From Actinomycetota bacterium (lineage in GTDB: Bacteria > Actinomycetota > Acidimicrobiia > Acidimicrobiales > JAFATL01), in assembly GCA_041166085.1 (NCBI GenBank), contig JBEEFP010000056.1:48449-112448 (forward strand): a stretch of 64,000 nucleotides of DNA, read 5' to 3'. Every line of letters starts with the position of its first letter. Position 1 is the first letter of the stretch. Below, one piece after another: positions 10,621-20,282 of the stretch. A program made the translations under genes and the position numbers. A model generated the notes under the pieces. The model did not search any database. It had not been told where the DNA came from and worked only from the letters and a program-made list of their open reading frames with translations.

Positions 10621-10863
10621 TCACGTTTGGTCCTCGAAGGTGGGCTCGATGCCGTCTGACTCGGCCTTGGCCAGGAGCCGGGTGTGCTCGCTCTCGTCGA
10701 CCGTCTCCGCCTCGTCGATCAGCATGATGGGGATGTCGTCGCGGATGGCGTACCGGCGTTTGAGGCGCGGGTTGTAGAGGCTCTGCTCATCACGGAAGTA
10801 CAGCAGCGGTCCCTTGTCCTCCGGGCAAGCGAGGATCTCGAGCAGCTTCGGGTCGAGCGCCAT
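10621..10863 (-). CDS. Trm112 family protein
   Basis: LDPKLLEILACPEDKGPL...YAIRDDIPIMLIDEA. Confidence 0.93.
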   Translation of the reverse strand: MALDPKLLEILACPEDKGPLLYFRDEQSLYNPRLKRRYAIRDDIPIMLIDEAETVDESEHTRLLAKAESDGIEPTFEDQT

Positions 10864-12210
10864 TCAGTCCTTCTTCATGATGTCGAGGACCTCGGAGACG
10901 TGCTCGTCGCACTCCTGCCGGGCCCGGGCTTCGAGGTTGAGCCGCAGCAGCGGCTCCGTGTTGGACGGACGGAGGTTGAACCACCAGTCGCCGAGATCGA
11001 CCGTGAGGCCATCGAGCCGGTCGAGCTCGGCCTTGGCGTACGCGCCGGCGACGCGGTCGATGACGGCCTGCTGGTCGGCCACCTCGACGTTGATCTCGCC
11101 GGATTGGGCGTAGCGCTCGAAGGGCTTGCGCACCTCGGAAAGGGGCTGGCCCGCTCTGCTCAGGAGCTCGAGCACCACCATGGTCGCGATCAGGCCGGAG
11201 TCGGCCCGGTAGTTCTCGCGGAAGTAGTAGTGACCCGAGTGCTCACCGCCGAAGATGGCGCCTGTCTCGAGCATGACCTGCTTGATGAAGGAGTGACCGA
11301 CGCGGGTGCGCACGGGCGTTCCCCCCCGCTCGCGGACGACCTCGGGCACCGCCTTGGAGCAGATGAGGTTGTGCAGGATGGTGGCGCCCGGCTCGCGCTC
11401 GAGCATCGTCGCCGCCACCATCGCGGTGGTGGTCGACCCGGAGAGCAGCTCGGCCTTCTCGTCGACGAGGAAGACGCGATCAGCGTCGCCGTCGAAGGCC
11501 AGCCCGACGTCGGCGCCCGTTTCCAGCACCCGCGCCTGCAGGTCCTTCTGGTTCTCGGGTTGGATCGGATCGGCCGGGTGGTTGGGGAAGGTGCCGTCGA
11601 GCTCGCCGTACATGATCTCGAGGTCGAAGGGCAGACCCTCGAACACGCGGGGGGCGACGAGGCCGCCCATGCCGTTGGCGGTGTCGGCCACGACCTTGAG
11701 GGGACGCAGCACCGAGGCGTCGGCGAAGGCGCGGACGTGGGCCGCGTACTCGCCGAGCAGCTCCTGCTGGGTCACGGTGCCACCGCCCGGTCCTGCGGGC
11801 ACGCCCGCTTGCACCGCCGCCTCGAGCTCCCGTAGGCCCGTGTCCTCCCCCACCGGCTTGGCGCCGGCCAGACAGAGCTTGATGCCGTTGTACTGCGCCG
11901 GGTTGTGGGAGGCGGTGAACATCGCACCCGGCGCGTCGAGGCGGCCAGCCGCGAAGTAGATGAGGTCGGTCGACGCCATCCCGAGGTCGACCACGTCGAT
12001 GTCCTGGCCGGTGACGCCCTCGGCGAAGGCACGCGTCAGCTCCACGCCCGAGGGCCGCATGTCGCGGGCCACGAGGACGCGTTGGGCACCGTCGCGACCG
12101 ACAAAGCGCGCAAAGGCGGCGCCGATGGCGCGGCACACGTCGGCATCCAGCTGGTCAGGGACCGTCCCCCGGATGTCGTAGGCCTTGAAGATGGCGTCGA
12201 GCTGTGCCAT
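10864..12210 (-). CDS. manB: Phosphomannomutase/phosphoglucomutase
   Basis: FKAYDIRG, FTASHNP, FDGDADR, GGEHSGHYYF, RPSNTEP. Confidence 0.93.
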   Translation of the reverse strand: MAQLDAIFKAYDIRGTVPDQLDADVCRAIGAAFARFVGRDGAQRVLVARDMRPSGVELTRAFAEGVTGQDIDVVDLGMASTDLIYFAAGRLDAPGAMFTASHNPAQYNGIKLCLAGAKPVGEDTGLRELEAAVQAGVPAGPGGGTVTQQELLGEYAAHVRAFADASVLRPLKVVADTANGMGGLVAPRVFEGLPFDLEIMYGELDGTFPNHPADPIQPENQKDLQARVLETGADVGLAFDGDADRVFLVDEKAELLSGSTTTAMVAATMLEREPGATILHNLICSKAVPEVVRERGGTPVRTRVGHSFIKQVMLETGAIFGGEHSGHYYFRENYRADSGLIATMVVLELLSRAGQPLSEVRKPFERYAQSGEINVEVADQQAVIDRVAGAYAKAELDRLDGLTVDLGDWWFNLRPSNTEPLLRLNLEARARQECDEHVSEVLDIMKKD

Positions 12211-12233
12211 TCGGCCCACAACCTTAGTGGGCG

Positions 12234-13421
12234 TCAGTGCGGCGTCTTCTGGCTCAGTTCGTCAGTGGTGACGTCGTAGATCCCGCGGCTGGCCCAGAGC
12301 CGGATGCGCACGATGTCGCGGGCCACTCGCAGCGCGTCCACCCCCATCCGGACGGTCGAGGTCGAGGAATTGGCCAGAGCGACCGGCACCTCGGTCAGCG
12401 AGAGGCGGTAGCGCTCGGCCATGTGGAAGAGCTCGATGTCGAAGGCGAAGCGATCGATGCGCGCTCGGCTGAACATCAGACGGGCCGCGTCGGCGCGGAA
12501 GGCCTTGATGCCGCACTGGGTGTCGCGGTACTGGCCGAGGAGCACGGCCATCGTGAGCGCGTTGATGGCGCGGCCGCCGAGGTTCCGAAGGCGGCGGCCC
12601 CGCACCAGGGTCGTGGTGTCGGCGTGGCGGCGGCTGCCCACGACCATGTCCCACCCCGACTCCACCTCCGACAGCAGGCGCAGCAGCTGCTCGGGTGGAT
12701 ACGACAGATCGGCGTCGGTGAACGCGACGGTGCGGCCCTGGGCGGCGAGCACACCAGCCCGGACGGCCGCTCCCTTGCCGCGGTTCTTGTCGAGCACGAC
12801 GACCTGGTCGGCGCCTCCGGCCCGGGCCGCCTCGGCTGTCCCGTCCGGCGAGCCGTCGTCGACGACCACCACCTCGAGCCCGCGGGCACCGAGCTCGGCC
12901 AGGGCCTCCCTCAGCCGGGCGATCGTCGCGCCGATGCGCTGCTCCTCGCCGAAGGCGGGCACGACAACCGAGAGCCGGATCACCCCCGGCGCATCGGGGC
13001 GGTCGGTGCGCCGCGCCTGCGTTTCGCGGACCGTCTCGAAGAGCACGGTGCGGTAGCCGACGACCCGCACGACGGCGGCCGCGGCCAACGCCACGAGCTT
13101 GGCCAGCACCAACGGCACCGCTTGTCGCGACTGGTTGGTGACGGCGACGACGGCGCGGAGCACCGCGACGTCGAGCAGACCCGCCACCGCGGTGATGAGT
13201 ACGAAGGCGGCGGGTCGGTCGACCCAGCGCACGTGCGGGTCGTCCCCGAAGGTCACCATGCGGTTGAGCCCGTAGGACAGGGCACTGGCCACCGTGATCG
13301 CGATGACGTCGGCCACGATGACGGGCACGCCCGCGCCCACCCGCAGCAGCAGGACGATCCCGATGTCGACCGCAGTGACGAGGACTCCTACGGCGGCGAA
13401 CCGCCGCAGGCGGCGCCTCAC
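12234..13421 (-). CDS. GtrA-like flippase fused to GT2 polyprenol-phosphate glycosyltransferase
   Basis: N-terminal 4-TM GtrA pattern (RFAAVGV...SYGLNRMVTF); C-terminal VVDDGSPD, NRGKGAAVRAG, FTDADL, DTQCGIK, FAFDIEL. Confidence 0.85.
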   Translation of the reverse strand: MRRRLRRFAAVGVLVTAVDIGIVLLLRVGAGVPVIVADVIAITVASALSYGLNRMVTFGDDPHVRWVDRPAAFVLITAVAGLLDVAVLRAVVAVTNQSRQAVPLVLAKLVALAAAAVVRVVGYRTVLFETVRETQARRTDRPDAPGVIRLSVVVPAFGEEQRIGATIARLREALAELGARGLEVVVVDDGSPDGTAEAARAGGADQVVVLDKNRGKGAAVRAGVLAAQGRTVAFTDADLSYPPEQLLRLLSEVESGWDMVVGSRRHADTTTLVRGRRLRNLGGRAINALTMAVLLGQYRDTQCGIKAFRADAARLMFSRARIDRFAFDIELFHMAERYRLSLTEVPVALANSSTSTVRMGVDALRVARDIVRIRLWASRGIYDVTTDELSQKTPH

Positions 13422-15838
13422 GGGTCGGACGACGTGGGTACCGCGACGGGCTCCTCCCTCGGCAACGGAGCACCGTCGAGGTCGTCATCGGGGCCGTCGC
13501 CGTTGCGGGAAGTGGCGAGCTCTCGCTCCGCCTCACCGGAGGCGACGGTCGATGCCTCCCGCCGACGACGGCGGTGGTCGGCGACCATGAATGCGACGAC
13601 CGCGGCCAGTCCGAGCGCGGTGAGGCCGTCGCCCATGATGTCGACCCCCGTGTACCCGAAGTGGAGCTCGACGTGCTTCTTGGTCGGGACCACGACCATC
13701 TGGTTGGGCGTCACGCGCCACGGTCCCTTCGCCCCGGACGCGTGCCAGTTCGGGAAGTAGGAGCTCTTCACCAGCACTGGCACGCCGACGCGGTCGACGT
13801 CGAAGGAGATGCGATCGTCGGTGATCTTGATGCGCGAGACGCTGGCGGGCTCGACCGGACGGCGGGGTGCGGTGGCCGTGCCGGCGCGCACGCGTGGCCA
13901 GTTCGACGGGCCGCTGGCGGCACGGGGCACGTCCCACCGGTCCGGGTGCTGGAAGAAGTCCACCCCCGCCGCCTGCCACGTCTTGGCGCCCGCACCGAGG
14001 TCCGTCATGACCGCGGGCAGGTAGTCCAGCGGCGCGACGGTGGCCGACCCGCTGACCTCGTAGACCTCCCAGTTGCGGTCGCGGCTGACGCTCTGGTTGT
14101 TCTCCGTGTAGTTGACAGGCCAGGGACCGATGGTGTCGACCAGCTGCAACTCGGGGTTGGCGCGCGCCTGGGCCTTCGCGTCGTCAGAGAACACCATGTA
14201 GTACTTCACGCCCATCAGCTGCAGGTGCTCGACGCCCTGGGTCACGTCGAGGTCGCGGTACGGCAGGTCGCGCTGGGGACGCGACGGCCGCTTCGACAGC
14301 TCGGACTGCATGAGGAAGTGGTAGGGCGTGCTGGCCGCCGACTCGAAGTACACGCCCTCCATGGAACCGATGCAGCCCTTGGTCCAGTACGGCAGGAGCA
14401 TGAGGCTCATCGGCGTGCCCTGCTGGTCGAGCTCGCTCTCGTACTCCCAGTTGGCCCGTCCACAGCCGTAGCGCTCGCCGACCTTGCCCATGGTGGTGAG
14501 GATGTCGCGGTACTCCGGGTAGCCGGACTTGCGCTCGTAGCCCGTGTAGTTCCAGTTCACCCAGCCGGGGATGAAGCTCTTGTCGGTCGACTTGAACGTC
14601 AGCCATTGGTAGCTGCCGTCGGCCAGGTGCCTGCCGCCGGGGAGGACCTGTAGCGGGAAGGCGGTGAAGATGAGCGCGCCGGTGATGGCCACCACGGCCG
14701 CCGCACTCTCGGCGACCCGCGCCATCGAGGGCCTGCGCTCGAGGAGCCATGCCACGCCCCGACCGGCCTCGGCCACCGCGACGCCGGCGAGGAGGAACAG
14801 GCAGAGGAACCAGAACGGCAGCATGCGCGCGTTCCAGATCCGCCCCTGCGGGAGGAACCGGAACGCCAGCGCGGACAGCGTGGCCATGATCGTGAGGAAG
14901 GTGCCGACGCGCCGACGCAGCAGCACCGATGCCGCCCCGCCGCCCGCGGCCAGGACGACGACCCAGCGCAGGTCCTGCGGGAGCAGCTCGTGATGAAAGG
15001 TCGTGAGCTTCTCCCACCCCATGTCGGTGGTGAAGGGCAGGCGCATGATGAAGGGCACGACCCAGAAGGCGGACACGGCGCCACCGACGATGCCGACCGG
15101 TATCGCGTACTTGAGCCGCCGCACCGACGGCTCCATCAGCGTGAGCACGATCGCGCCCGCCACCGCGAAGTACGCGGGGAGCACGTGGCACAGCCCGGTG
15201 GCGGCCAGCAGCAGGGCGGCCAACGCGCGATGGCGGCCCGTGCGCAGGCCGTTGGCCAGCACGCCCAGGAAGACGATGGCGAGGGCGAGGCCGATGGAGA
15301 AGGTGAACTCGCCGGCGAGGGTGGACGGCACGTTGCCGCCGTAGATCGTGTACCCGCGGTTGAACAGGTACGGCACGGTGGCCGCAGCGAGACACGCCGG
15401 GCCCGGGCGGCGCATCCCGGCCAGCTTGCCGAAGGCCCACGCCGCGACGGGGAGGGCCACCAGCCCCGAGACGCTGATGAGCTTGAAGGCCACGCCGTAG
15501 GGCAGCACCACGTCGAGCAGGACGATGGCGAGCATCGGGAGCGGGAAGTAGAAGAACAGGATCGGCGTGCCCGCGTACCAGTCGGGCGACCAGCCGGTGA
15601 GCCGCCAGTGCGGCAGCAGATGGTCCCGCAGGTACGCCGGGGTGGCCACGTGGGCACCCATGTCGCCACCCGCCGGCGTGGTGTTCAGCGTCAGCAGCGA
15701 CGGCGACAGCTGGGCCAGCACGAAGACGACGGCGCCCGCCACCACGAGGAAGGTGACGATGGATGCAGGCGCGGGTCGACGCAGCGAGAGACGGCGCATG
15801 TGGCTCAATTGTGCCTCATGCCGTGCCCTCTTCGGCAC
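13418..15838 (-). CDS. '6-pyruvoyl-tetrahydropterin synthase-related' membrane protein (predicted GT-C)
   Basis: GGDMGAH, WSPDWYAGTP..FYFP, many TMs, C-terminal SYFPNW; start may be 15799. Confidence 0.75.
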   Translation of the reverse strand: MPKRARHEAQLSHMRRLSLRRPAPASIVTFLVVAGAVVFVLAQLSPSLLTLNTTPAGGDMGAHVATPAYLRDHLLPHWRLTGWSPDWYAGTPILFFYFPLPMLAIVLLDVVLPYGVAFKLISVSGLVALPVAAWAFGKLAGMRRPGPACLAAATVPYLFNRGYTIYGGNVPSTLAGEFTFSIGLALAIVFLGVLANGLRTGRHRALAALLLAATGLCHVLPAYFAVAGAIVLTLMEPSVRRLKYAIPVGIVGGAVSAFWVVPFIMRLPFTTDMGWEKLTTFHHELLPQDLRWVVVLAAGGGAASVLLRRRVGTFLTIMATLSALAFRFLPQGRIWNARMLPFWFLCLFLLAGVAVAEAGRGVAWLLERRPSMARVAESAAAVVAITGALIFTAFPLQVLPGGRHLADGSYQWLTFKSTDKSFIPGWVNWNYTGYERKSGYPEYRDILTTMGKVGERYGCGRANWEYESELDQQGTPMSLMLLPYWTKGCIGSMEGVYFESAASTPYHFLMQSELSKRPSRPQRDLPYRDLDVTQGVEHLQLMGVKYYMVFSDDAKAQARANPELQLVDTIGPWPVNYTENNQSVSRDRNWEVYEVSGSATVAPLDYLPAVMTDLGAGAKTWQAAGVDFFQHPDRWDVPRAASGPSNWPRVRAGTATAPRRPVEPASVSRIKITDDRISFDVDRVGVPVLVKSSYFPNWHASGAKGPWRVTPNQMVVVPTKKHVELHFGYTGVDIMGDGLTALGLAAVVAFMVADHRRRRREASTVASGEAERELATSRNGDGPDDDLDGAPLPREEPVAVPTSSDP

Positions 15839-15856
15839 CGCGGAGGGGGGCCGGGG

Positions 15857-16027
15857 TTAGCGGCGGACGGTGGCGAGGTCGAGCACGCGGTCGACGCCGA
15901 CGCGGCTGCCGTCCCGGTCCCACCAGCGCGTGTCGCACCGGCTGCAGCTGTGCATGGTGACGCGGTTGTCGGCCACGGTCATCTCGATCTCGACCAGCTG
16001 GCTGGCCCGGCAGTTCGGACACGACAT
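15857..16027 (-). CDS. 56-aa zinc-ribbon protein
   Basis: MSCPNCRASQLVEIEMTVADNRVTMHSCSRCDTRWW...; GAAGGGGAG RBS; buried at the end of the 332-aa ORF. Confidence 0.8.
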   Translation of the reverse strand: MSCPNCRASQLVEIEMTVADNRVTMHSCSRCDTRWWDRDGSRVGVDRVLDLATVRR

Positions 16028-16070
16028 GCGCTTGCTCCCCTTCGATTCGGTACAACCCTCCGTGCCCTGA

Positions 16071-16099
16071 CTATCGGCAAATCGGGCACCCGGCTTGAG
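16071..16099 (-). promoter_or_regulatory. sigma28/WhiG-type promoter of the zinc-ribbon gene
   Basis: Minus strand CTCAAG-N15-GCCGATAG in intergenic DNA. Confidence 0.65.
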
Positions 16100-16158
16100 C
16101 GGACGACGGCCATCCCGCCTGGCACGCGTGCTTTTTTGCGCAACAGCCGCCGGAGCGG

Positions 16159-16920
16159 TCAGCGGACGACGGCCAGGGCGAGGCCGATGAGGGTGATGGC
16201 GTTGAAGGTGGCGTGGGCCACCAGACCCGGGCCGAGGCGGCCGGTGCGGTACGCAAGCGTCGACAGGACGGCCCCGAAGGCGCCGAGGGCCACCACCAGG
16301 GCCACCGCCGACCAGCCGGCGAGCGATGGGGCGTGCACGAGGCCGAATGCGAGGGCCGAGATGGCGATGCCGGCGACGGGGCCGAGGCGACGTACGGACG
16401 CGCGCTGGAGCAATCCTCGGAAGTAGAGCTCTTCGAAGAAGGGGGCGCCCACGCAGAGGAACGGGGCCAGCAACGCCAGGCGGGCGCCGCCCGCTCCGCC
16501 CGTGACCTCCTTGGCCTGTCCTTCCACGTCCACCCCGTGGTCGAGCAGGTGGAAGAAGCTGACGATCACCGGGATGAGGACGAACTGGCAGAGGAGACCG
16601 ACGGCAATACCGACGCCGATGTCGCGCGGCTGGAGCCGCAGGCCGTAGTCCCGGGCCAGGCTGCCCGTGCCCTTCGTGCGGCTGGCGCGCAGGGCGACGC
16701 CGCCGAGGCCGGCCCACAGGCCGATCAGACTGGCGACGATCGTGCCGGTGCCGTTGACATCGGCGCCGGGACGCAGGAGCAGGTAGCCGTTGGTCGTCAC
16801 GACGGTGCCGAGCAGGCCGGCCGCGAAGGCGATGGCGGCGTCGCCCAGGCCCCACCTGGGCTGGGGCGCGTCTGAGGACGGCGGCCCCTCGTCGGGGGCC
16901 ACGCCGGGCAGATCAGTCAT
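16159..16920 (-). CDS. CPBP (Abi/CAAX) intramembrane metalloprotease
   Basis: APFFEELYFRG, FGLVH, AHATFN. Confidence 0.92.
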   Translation of the reverse strand: MTDLPGVAPDEGPPSSDAPQPRWGLGDAAIAFAAGLLGTVVTTNGYLLLRPGADVNGTGTIVASLIGLWAGLGGVALRASRTKGTGSLARDYGLRLQPRDIGVGIAVGLLCQFVLIPVIVSFFHLLDHGVDVEGQAKEVTGGAGGARLALLAPFLCVGAPFFEELYFRGLLQRASVRRLGPVAGIAISALAFGLVHAPSLAGWSAVALVVALGAFGAVLSTLAYRTGRLGPGLVAHATFNAITLIGLALAVVR

Positions 16921-17188
16921 CCAGCGTCTTGCCGATGTAGCGCGATCGCACCTTGTCGCCCTCGCGCCAGTAGGCGTACCAATACGGCCCGTGCGGGCAG
17001 CGCGTGCAACCCGCCTTCCCGCAGCGCACGTGCTGCTGGCGATAGGAGACCTTGGGCTCGCCGGTCTCGTCGTGGAACTGTGGGCCCGCCTTCTCCCGCA
17101 GGCGCCCCTTGGCGAGGATCACCAAGCGGCGCAGCTCGAACTCGTCGAGCCCGCGCACCATGTCGGTGGCCCGACGGTCTAGGCCCAT
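16913..17188 (-). CDS. DUF6788-like small Cys/His zinc-binding protein
   Basis: VRCGKAGCTRCPHGPYWYAYW...SRYIGK. Confidence 0.75.
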   Translation of the reverse strand: MGLDRRATDMVRGLDEFELRRLVILAKGRLREKAGPQFHDETGEPKVSYRQQHVRCGKAGCTRCPHGPYWYAYWREGDKVRSRYIGKTLDD

Positions 17189-17208
17189 GAGGGCAGGCTA
17201 CGCGGGCG

Positions 17209-17424
17209 TCAGCTCGCGGCGACGTAGAGGGTGGGCTTGCGACGGTCGACGAGGGCCCACCCGAGGGGCACGTGCATGCCGTCCGCGTGCTGGTCGCACA
17301 AGGCCCAGCCGCCCTCGACCGACGGCACGTCGAGCCAGGTCGTGCGGTTGGCGTAGTCGTAGCTGAGGACGGCGGCCACCGTCCCGCCGCACCCGGGGTG
17401 TGCACAGTGCGCAAGGCGGTCCAT
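17209..17424 (-). CDS. DUF3499 family protein
   Basis: CAHPGC...LSYDY...LCDQHA....PLGW; C-terminal part of ORF 17209..17868. Confidence 0.8.
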   Translation of the reverse strand: MDRLAHCAHPGCGGTVAAVLSYDYANRTTWLDVPSVEGGWALCDQHADGMHVPLGWALVDRRKPTLYVAAS

Positions 17425-17477
17425 GGGTGCAAGACCGTACCCAAGCCGCCGACACGGATGTTGGACCCTGCGCGCAC

Positions 17478-17523
17478 CCGTCTTATGCAACGGATGTTGC
17501 ACAAGACGGTGTTGTGATTCACA
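17478..17523. promoter_or_regulatory. Inverted repeats in the divergent DUF3499/ftsH intergenic region
   Basis: CCGTCTTATGCAAC-GGAT-GTTGCACAAGACGG followed by TGTGATTCACA. Confidence 0.5.
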
Positions 17524-17577
17524 GTCCACGTGGACGGCTGCGGCGGTGGACGCGAGCCGAACCTTTACCATGGGCCC

Positions 17578-19566
17578 ATGAGCCCGCAGCAGCCCGATCA
17601 GGGCCAACGAAGGCCCACTCCCCCGGGCCTCGGCGGGCCGGCCGAGCAGAACTGGCGCTGGGCCGTCTTCGTGCTCCTGGGCCTCGTGGCGGCCGCCCTG
17701 CTGCTGCCGCCGTTGTTCAACAGCAAGCCCAAGACCGAGCTCACCTACACCGACGTCCTCCAGAAGTCGGCGGAGGGCCAGGTCACCGACATCACCATCA
17801 ACAACGACACCGGGCACATGACCGGCAAGTTGAAGGACGGCAAGACCTTCTCGGTCAACGGCCCCCACCCGGTGCCCGACGCCGACCTGGCCGTCCTGCG
17901 CGGCAAGGCCAAGGTCAAGTTCACCAACGACACGCCCAACCTGATCGCGTCGCTCCTGCCCTTCCTGTTACCGATCGCCATCCTCATCGGGTTCTGGGTG
18001 TGGATGAGCAGACGGGCCCAGGGGCAGATGACCGGGCTCATGTCGATCGGTCGCTCGAAGGCGAAGGTGTACACCACCGAACGCCCGCGCACGACCTTCG
18101 CCGACGTGGCCGGATACAACGGCGTGAAGCAGGAGATCCGCGAGGTGGTGGACTTCCTCAAGTCGCCGGGGCGCTTCAAGGAGATCGGCGCGCGCATCCC
18201 CAAGGGCGTGCTCCTCGTGGGTCCGCCCGGCACGGGGAAGACACTGCTCGCCCGCGCCGTCGCCGGCGAGGCAGGCGTGCCGTTCATGTCCGTCACCGGC
18301 TCCGACTTCATGGAGATGTTCGTCGGCGTGGGCGCGTCGCGCGTGCGCGACCTGTTCCAGACGGCGCGTAAGCAGGCGCCCGCCATCATCTTCGTGGACG
18401 AGGTCGACTCCATCGGCCGCAAGCGCGGCGCCGGCCTGGGTGGCGGACACGACGAGCGCGAGCAGACGCTCAACCAGATGCTCTCGGAGATGGACGGCTT
18501 CGAGACCACCGAGGGCATCGTGATGATGGCCGCCACCAACCGGCCCGACATCCTCGATCCCGCCCTGCTGCGGCCGGGCCGTTTCGACCGCCAGATCGTG
18601 GTCCCCCTGCCCGACCTCGAGGAGCGGCTCCCGATCCTGCAGGTGCACTGCCGGGACAAGCGCATCGCCACCGACGTCGACCTCACCGTCGTCGCGCGCG
18701 GCACGCCCGGCATGAGCGGCGCCGACCTGGCCAACCTCGTCAACGAAGCGGCGCTGCACGCGGTAAGGCGGGGTGCTGCCGAGGTGCACATGGAGGACTT
18801 CGAGGCCGCGCGCGACCGCATCCTCATGGGCCAGCGGCGCGAGACCATGGCGCTGAGCGAGGACGAGAAGGAGCGCGTCGCCTACCACGAGGGCGGCCAC
18901 GCCGTGCTCGCCTACGTGCTGCCCGACGCCGACCCCGTGCACAAGGTGACGATCCTCCCCACGGGCATGGCCCTCGGTGTCACCCAGCAGCTCCCCATGG
19001 AGGAGCGCCACATCTATCCGCGGGAGTACATCGAGGACAGCCTGGCCGTCCGCATGGGCGGACGGGTGGCCGAGCTGCTCGTGTACGGCGACCTGTCGAC
19101 GGGCGCCAACAACGACCTGGTCGGCAACACCGAGCTCGCTCGCAAGATGGTCCGCGAGTGGGGCATGAGCGAGCGCATCGGCCCGATGGCGTGGGGCTCA
19201 CAAGGCATGGTGTTCCTCGGCGACGACCTCATGCACACGCGCGACTACAGCGACGAGACGTCGCGCGTCATCGACGAGGAGGTCGAGCGCATCCTCCGCG
19301 AGCAGGAGGAGCGGGCCACCAAGATGCTGCGCCGCCATCGCAAGGGACTCGACCTGGTCGCGGTCGCGCTGCTCGAGAAGGAGACCATCGACGGCGCCGA
19401 GGTCGCCCGCCTCGTCGACCAGGGCTTCGGCCGCCCCGTCCACGGGAGCCGCGACAGCCGCGTCCCCCGCTTCGGCTCCACCGGCCCCACCGACGACGGC
19501 CCCCTCGACGACGACGACGACGAGACGGTGGAGATGGACAGAAGTCGCTTTCAGCGCGAGCGCTGA
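17578..19566 (+). CDS. ftsH: ATP-dependent zinc metalloprotease FtsH
   Basis: Two TMs, [40 protein letters not shown]. Confidence 0.97.
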   Translation: MSPQQPDQGQRRPTPPGLGGPAEQNWRWAVFVLLGLVAAALLLPPLFNSKPKTELTYTDVLQKSAEGQVTDITINNDTGHMTGKLKDGKTFSVNGPHPVPDADLAVLRGKAKVKFTNDTPNLIASLLPFLLPIAILIGFWVWMSRRAQGQMTGLMSIGRSKAKVYTTERPRTTFADVAGYNGVKQEIREVVDFLKSPGRFKEIGARIPKGVLLVGPPGTGKTLLARAVAGEAGVPFMSVTGSDFMEMFVGVGASRVRDLFQTARKQAPAIIFVDEVDSIGRKRGAGLGGGHDEREQTLNQMLSEMDGFETTEGIVMMAATNRPDILDPALLRPGRFDRQIVVPLPDLEERLPILQVHCRDKRIATDVDLTVVARGTPGMSGADLANLVNEAALHAVRRGAAEVHMEDFEAARDRILMGQRRETMALSEDEKERVAYHEGGHAVLAYVLPDADPVHKVTILPTGMALGVTQQLPMEERHIYPREYIEDSLAVRMGGRVAELLVYGDLSTGANNDLVGNTELARKMVREWGMSERIGPMAWGSQGMVFLGDDLMHTRDYSDETSRVIDEEVERILREQEERATKMLRRHRKGLDLVAVALLEKETIDGAEVARLVDQGFGRPVHGSRDSRVPRFGSTGPTDDGPLDDDDDETVEMDRSRFQRER

Positions 19567-19587
19567 AACCGCCTTCCGTAATCACAC

Positions 19588-19733
19588 TCGCTCGCTCGCA
19601 AGCTTCGCTCGCTGAAGGCGATCGAGACGGAAGGCGAAGTACTTGGGTCCGATTGAGCTCACGCCGGGCGAACGCGACGATCAACCGCAAGTACTTCGCC
19701 TTCCGCCTCGTGGGGACCCCAACCCCATCGCGG
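19588..19733. repeat. REP-like repeat, copy 2, with nested 23-bp inverted-repeat element at 19623-19710
   Basis: 27/28 nt identical core to 10504-10531; CGAGACGGAAGGCGAAGTACTTG...CAAGTACTTCGCCTTCCGCCTCG. Confidence 0.75.
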
Positions 19734-19782
19734 CTCCCGCCGACGTCGCGCCGGCCGGTCACCACCCTCCGGACGCCCTCGA

Positions 19783-20235
19783 CTACGGGCGGCCCAAATC
19801 GGGTTCCGGGGAGGCGCCCGGGGCGCGGGCTTCGGCAACGGCGGCCCAGAGGTCGGTGGCGGTGGGGACGCCGACGAAGGAGGCGGCCACCACACCGTCA
19901 GGACCGGCGACCAGGATCATGGGAACGACCTCGACCGCGTAGCGGGTGTGCAGGTCCTTGCGCAGTTGGTAGGGCACGTCCTGCACCACGACGGACGGGC
20001 TGGCCAGCACCGCCGTCTTCTGCCTGGCACGCGCGCACGAGTCGCACGTCTCCGAGGTGAACAGGGCGACGAGCCACGGCGTGTCGCGGCCGTCGAAGTC
20101 GGCCCGGTCGAGCTGGGTCGGCACAGCCCATCGCGACTGGGTGGGCGCGTCGGCACGGTCGCGCAGACGTTGCAGCAGACCCGCGACGAGCACCGCCACG
20201 ACGATGAGCACGGCGGCGATGATCAGGCGGTCCAT
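19783..20235 (-). CDS. Membrane-anchored thioredoxin-like protein
   Basis: N-terminal TM, FTSETCDSC, Y.VEVVP. Confidence 0.75.
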   Translation of the reverse strand: MDRLIIAAVLIVVAVLVAGLLQRLRDRADAPTQSRWAVPTQLDRADFDGRDTPWLVALFTSETCDSCARARQKTAVLASPSVVVQDVPYQLRKDLHTRYAVEVVPMILVAGPDGVVAASFVGVPTATDLWAAVAEARAPGASPEPDLGRP

Positions 20236-20282
20236 GGCGCCTCAACTATGCAGCCTGACCCCACGTTGACTACAACCTGACC

